A stretch of 64,000 bases of DNA from a virus: UHGV virus genome UHGV-0113858. One strand, written 5' to 3'. Below the pieces are notes generated by a model, which did not search any database, was not told the DNA's origin, and was given only the letters and a program-made list of their open reading frames with translations. Position numbers and translations under genes: made by a program. Below are positions 60,088-64,000 of this stretch, one piece after another; position 1 is the stretch's first letter; each line of letters opens with the position of its first letter.

Positions 60088-61584
60088 TTGATTTTGAACT
60101 ACAGTGATTTTGGGGTTACTTGTGCAGAAGAGCTTGAACAGGATGAGTGGTCACTGAGCAGACCAACATTCGAAACACCGAAGGGTGGGGTGTTGACAGT
60201 GATTGGTCACAACGGAAAAAAGAGTAATATGAAAAGGTATATAGTCTACTGTAATAACTGCGCGTCAGATCCCCTCCTCTTTGGAGAGGCAGTATTTTCA
60301 TGCGGCAAAGAGTCATTAACTGGCGGGTCCTTTCCATGTGGGTGCTCTAAGAGACCCAAGTGGAATCAGAGACAACAGGTAGTAAGGGTGGAAAGGTTAC
60401 TTGAAGGAACCAAGTTATCATTCATCGGATTTGCCGAAAAATACTCTAATGCCTCCACAAGATTACTCGTCTCATGTGGAAAGTGTTCACATGACCGTTT
60501 TGTAAAAGAGGGTTTTTGCAAAGGAGTTTTCATAACAACTTATGATGGGATAAAGGCGGGGACGTTACCCTGCCGATGCTCTCCCTGTTACAAATGGAGT
60601 CATCAACAACAGGATGCAAGAATGAAATTTCTTGCAGAGGAGAATGGGCTAACCATTATTAAAAAGCTCGGTAGCGCACGTAATTACAACGATACCAAGT
60701 TTCTTCTTTCAGATAAGGATGGAAATCAGTGGTCTTGTTCCATACAATCCGCATTTTTCAGGAAAACACCTTTAGCATATCCGGGAAAAAATATAAAAAT
60801 GAGGTCAGAAAACTCACGGGCCACGGAAAGGGATTGGGAAGAGAGGTTCCTCTCGACAGGTAAATTTGTTAAAGGAACAACTTTTAAAAGATTGGCAAAG
60901 AGGAATCATCAAGGGGTCTTTTCTTTTTGGGAGGTGTTTTGCCCTGTCTGCGCCGATGATGATTATTCACGCGCTGGCCTGTGCAATGGAACATTTATAA
61001 GCAACTCTACAAACCTGTCCAAAGGGCAGGTTCCGTGTAGGTGCAATACCAAAAAACACAACTGGACAGAGGAACAACAGATTTTCCGCATATCTCCTGA
61101 GCTAAAGGCCAGGGGGTGGGAATTTTTAGGGTGGGTAGATGGTTACAGAGGTAGTAAATCAAAATTTTATTACAAGTGCCCTCATCATCCACACCACAAA
61201 TGTGAGACTAACATCTCCTCATTCCTGTCATTGGGCAGGGGTTGCCCATTGTGCTCTGGGAAATCACAAAAACAGGCCTATCTCCATGCTGTGCAGGATG
61301 GAGAGATTATATGGGCGGTTAAGTTCGGAATCTCCAATGATTGGGAAAAGAGATTGTATATGCAGAATTATCTAAACGCGATTAAATTGGAGAACTTGGG
61401 GGTGTGGGAGTTCTCTTCAGTTAAAACTTGCAAATTAGCAGAGAAGGAGTGTAAAATGTCTTTACAAACAGGGGTTGTGTCTAAGAACGTGATGCCTGAC
61501 GGGTGGAGTGAGACAACTCTCAGCCTTAATATTGAAAAAGTCATCGCCATTTATGAAAAACATGGTGGAAAAAGAATCAAATAG
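60088..61584 (+). CDS. multi zinc-ribbon repeat protein with C-terminal T5orf172 (GIY-YIG-related) domain
   Basis: Repeated CxxC...PCxC...W modules. C-terminal IIWAVKFGISNDWEKRLYMQNYL has a T5orf172-like pattern. TTG start after an AGAGGAG SD. Confidence 0.5.
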   Translation: MILNYSDFGVTCAEELEQDEWSLSRPTFETPKGGVLTVIGHNGKKSNMKRYIVYCNNCASDPLLFGEAVFSCGKESLTGGSFPCGCSKRPKWNQRQQVVRVERLLEGTKLSFIGFAEKYSNASTRLLVSCGKCSHDRFVKEGFCKGVFITTYDGIKAGTLPCRCSPCYKWSHQQQDARMKFLAEENGLTIIKKLGSARNYNDTKFLLSDKDGNQWSCSIQSAFFRKTPLAYPGKNIKMRSENSRATERDWEERFLSTGKFVKGTTFKRLAKRNHQGVFSFWEVFCPVCADDDYSRAGLCNGTFISNSTNLSKGQVPCRCNTKKHNWTEEQQIFRISPELKARGWEFLGWVDGYRGSKSKFYYKCPHHPHHKCETNISSFLSLGRGCPLCSGKSQKQAYLHAVQDGEIIWAVKFGISNDWEKRLYMQNYLNAIKLENLGVWEFSSVKTCKLAEKECKMSLQTGVVSKNVMPDGWSETTLSLNIEKVIAIYEKHGGKRIK

Positions 61585-61592
61585 GAGATAAA

Positions 61593-61832
61593 ATGTCAGA
61601 ACAAGTTCTTGAACAAGATAAGTACAAAATTTACGAAGTCGTCCTCATCGATGGTCAATACGAGGCAACGATTCGGGATATCTTTACCCGGACTGTCCGC
61701 AAGGACGAGGATACCGTTGAGGTTTATGTGTCTTATCGTCTTCACGAGAAGGATTGGTGGTGGCAGGAAATTCTCCCTCACCGTGTACAAAAGTTGAATG
61801 GCGAACTTAACTTTGGAGATAAAAAATGCTGA
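61593..61832 (+). CDS. hypothetical protein (79 aa)
   Basis: GGAGATAAA SD. Confidence 0.45.
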   Translation: MSEQVLEQDKYKIYEVVLIDGQYEATIRDIFTRTVRKDEDTVEVYVSYRLHEKDWWWQEILPHRVQKLNGELNFGDKKC

Positions 61833-62122
61833 AATTAGAAGATAGTGGTATGCCTGATCGTAACGAGCCAGACCATAAGGTTTGTGTTGATTCCATCTGC
61901 CTGCTGTATGGATTCTCGGAGGATAATATCCTTAATGGAAAACGCTGTCTTGTGCTGGAGAAGACCATCCTCGGTGTAAATGGATATTACCCTCGTAACG
62001 AATCCTGGTTTCTTTGTCACGTTGATGGACTCCCATATCTGCATGATATCCGATCTGATCACTTGATGCACCTGGACGATTCAGATCATCTCGTGATAGA
62101 AAAGCTATCCAAAGGTCAATAA
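61826..62122 (+). CDS. hypothetical protein (98 aa)
   Basis: ORF track. Confidence 0.45.
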   Translation: MLKLEDSGMPDRNEPDHKVCVDSICLLYGFSEDNILNGKRCLVLEKTILGVNGYYPRNESWFLCHVDGLPYLHDIRSDHLMHLDDSDHLVIEKLSKGQ

Positions 62123-62153
62123 AAAAAACCCGGCGATTGCCGGGTTTTTTTTT
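62121..62153. terminator. bidirectional rho-independent terminator
   Basis: AAAAAAAA-CCCGGC-GATT-GCCGGG-TTTTTTTTT between convergent genes. Confidence 0.8.
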
Positions 62154-62526
62154 ATACATCTTTCAACCATTCATTCCTTTCGGTATAAATCATACGGTTT
62201 TTCTTCTTTCTGTTGAGGGTAGCAGGTATCACTTGGATATTATCACCACAGTTAAGGCCGGACACTTTAGTTGCCCTGAGCGGAAGCATATGGTCTGGTT
62301 CCCACTTTATTCCAGTATCTTCACAGCGAACAGAACACAAGTGGTCAGCCTCATCTCTGACAAACTCATCCCACTCACTATGGAGGGTAGCACGTTTCTC
62401 TGCTTCAATACGAGCAAGACGGATACGAAGTTGTTCTGCTTTACCTTCCGGTGTGGAACGCCGCTGACGATCAATCTCACGACGACGGGCGGCATACTGA
62501 CGATAATACTCCTGACGATCTCTCAT
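62152..62526 (-). CDS. small HNH endonuclease
   Basis: WEPDHMLPL...NCGDNIQVIPATLNRKK. Confidence 0.55.
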   Translation of the reverse strand: MRDRQEYYRQYAARRREIDRQRRSTPEGKAEQLRIRLARIEAEKRATLHSEWDEFVRDEADHLCSVRCEDTGIKWEPDHMLPLRATKVSGLNCGDNIQVIPATLNRKKKNRMIYTERNEWLKDV

Positions 62527-62538
62527 AAGAATCTCCTC

Positions 62539-63018
62539 TTAATGCAAGGTCAGAAATACCGTTAACAGGCCGTAGAGAACTGCCGCCAGAAGAAACCAGC
62601 GGTTATTGGAATTTCTGAACCAGTCTTTTACTCGGTATTTTACACCTAGCGTTTTCTTGTGTTCACTGATAATCCTATCCAACGATCTATAGAGATCACG
62701 AATAGAGGCTTCGAACCCTTCATAACTATCAAAGGCCTCTTCCAGATGTTCTGGATCTAGCTTCCCCATGTCTCCAACACGAAAAGTGTAAGTTGTTGGT
62801 CTTATGGTATTTGAACCTCTAGTGACGTCCAGACGACCAACTTTGATAGAAAAAAGGATGCCGTTTTTGGCATCCCTTATGACGAGAACTCGTTCTTCTG
62901 TCACAGGCTCCCTTACGAGAGCGATGCAACCTTTTGAGTTTTCTATAAAACCCTTTTCCAGCAGAGTATGCCAGTGCTCTCGAAGGATAGGGTGTTCACG
63001 TACAATCTTTTGAAACAT
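62539..63018 (-). CDS. hypothetical protein with C-terminal TM anchor (159 aa)
   Basis: C-terminal WFLLAAVLYGLLTVFLTL. Confidence 0.5.
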   Translation of the reverse strand: MFQKIVREHPILREHWHTLLEKGFIENSKGCIALVREPVTEERVLVIRDAKNGILFSIKVGRLDVTRGSNTIRPTTYTFRVGDMGKLDPEHLEEAFDSYEGFEASIRDLYRSLDRIISEHKKTLGVKYRVKDWFRNSNNRWFLLAAVLYGLLTVFLTLH

Positions 63019-63090
63019 ACTAACCTCCTATCTTAATGATAGATCCATTTTATCATGAAAAACAGGGTTATCATATAAGATAGGGACGAT

Positions 63091-63321
63091 TCAGCACTTA
63101 AAACTGCACTTGGGACAAGGACAAGATATGCCGTGGAAGCATAAACCAGTGCCATCTTTTCTAACACCAGTGCCACCACAATTCGGACAAGAGTCATGCA
63201 AGCACTTCATAGTCCCGGTATCACCTGAAGAATGCCATACAACTTTCTCGATGCCTTGCTGGGCATAGTATCTTTCTCTCATAATCTTTGCCTGTTCTGG
63301 AGTGAGAAGACCATAACTCAT
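63091..63321 (-). CDS. zinc-finger small protein (76 aa)
   Basis: CLHDSCPNCGGTG...CFHGISCPCPKCSFKC. Confidence 0.45.
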   Translation of the reverse strand: MSYGLLTPEQAKIMRERYYAQQGIEKVVWHSSGDTGTMKCLHDSCPNCGGTGVRKDGTGLCFHGISCPCPKCSFKC

Positions 63322-63480
63322 ACTGTATACCCCTTACATTGTAGCCAAACAAAGAAATCCTCCATCCAATCTTCCTGATCTCTGGTGTCGGGCCAGTTCT
63401 CAGGTTCTTCGGAGAGATTCCTGTGCATTTTATATTCTGATTGCCATTCTGAAATCAGTTCTACCATTCTACCCATAAAC

Positions 63481-63693
63481 TCAAGCTGTCGCATTTCTTC
63501 TCCTCATAACATAGTGGATTAAGGCCCCGAAGGGCCATGCAAAACCGATGGCAAAACAAATTTCAGACCAATCCCGATCCGTCTTGGCCTTATAGATTTG
63601 CTTCAGGACTGTATCCTTTTCCATCCTGATTGAGTATACCACGGCTATGATTGAATATGCAACACCAAATATCCCTACCAGCGCTTCAATCAT
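63481..63693 (-). CDS. small membrane protein (70 aa)
   Basis: Two hydrophobic helices. Confidence 0.4.
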   Translation of the reverse strand: MIEALVGIFGVAYSIIAVVYSIRMEKDTVLKQIYKAKTDRDWSEICFAIGFAWPFGALIHYVMRRRNATA

Positions 63694-64000
63694 ACCATTT
63701 TACTCCAGCACATATCCTGAGCCGTCATGAGAACCCTGGCAAACAGGTCAAGATCCGCCATTTTAGGAAGCTGTGTCTTTTTGTACAAATCTTCCCGGAT
63801 ATAATGGTCCTTCTCGTCAGCCCATGAGAGCAGTTCGTCAAGAGTCCACTTACCAGCCCGGATATCGAGAAGTTCCTGAGCATCAGGACGCTTCACAAGC
63901 ACCTTCCCATCAGAAAGAATCTCTTCTGCCATACGCATCAGGCGTACAAGGTGCATCGCGTGTTTGGTATCATAACCAAAGTCAACTTCGAGCTGATGAC
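63690..64000 (-). CDS. CDS whose frame stays open to the right window edge (probably a partial gene; the track shows only the internal-Met portion 63690..63956)
   Basis: No in-frame stop occurs between 63957 and 64000. Upstream codons read ...HQLEVDFGYDTKHAMHLVRLM. Confidence 0.35.
   Translation of the reverse strand, partial: HQLEVDFGYDTKHAMHLVRLMRMAEEILSDGKVLVKRPDAQELLDIRAGKWTLDELLSWADEKDHYIREDLYKKTQLPKMADLDLFARVLMTAQDMCWSKMV

Overview
The window reads as a stretch of a large, tailed, lytic dsDNA phage genome. The host is probably an enterobacterium (sigma70-type promoters, Fur-box-like sites, a YgiB homolog), and GC content is roughly 45%. Coding density is very high, with many ATGA/TAATG start-stop overlaps between adjacent genes.

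Four strand blocks are visible:
- 1-35.4 kb, minus strand: membrane and lipoprotein genes, a PnuC plus NadR-like NAD salvage pair, a 676-aa unknown protein, and a DNA replication module. The replication module holds a family-A DNA polymerase split at motif B by an HNH endonuclease insertion, a T7 gp4-like primase-helicase, a Dda-like helicase and seven HNH/AP2 free-standing endonucleases. The block continues with a divergent C5-MTase-like gene, Ead/Ea22-like, rIIA/rIIB, a SleB-like cell wall hydrolase, a bactofilin-like gene, an Rnl2 RNA ligase, a macro-domain gene, a DUF2829 (Tad2-like) gene, a MoxR AAA+ ATPase and an HD-domain alarmone hydrolase.
- 35.4-53.5 kb, plus strand: a DUF2201 metallopeptidase-like/VWA protein (the usual MoxR partner), MazG, and then a roughly 9-kb array of about 25 small early-type genes. 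Each small gene has its own consensus sigma70 promoter, a GC-rich 5' hairpin and a conserved AGGTAAA Shine-Dalgarno motif.
- 53.5-55.3 kb: a 1.8-kb gene-free, AT-rich, highly structured region (inverted repeats, twin-hairpin modules, Fur-box-like palindromes, G-runs).
- 55.3-64 kb: minus/plus/minus blocks of small membrane and zinc-finger proteins, a large zinc-ribbon plus T5orf172 protein and a small HNH.

No tRNA genes or CRISPR arrays were recognised. Gene calls rest on motif recognition from memory and the supplied ORF track; no database search was possible. Starts I derived myself may be off by 1-3 nt.
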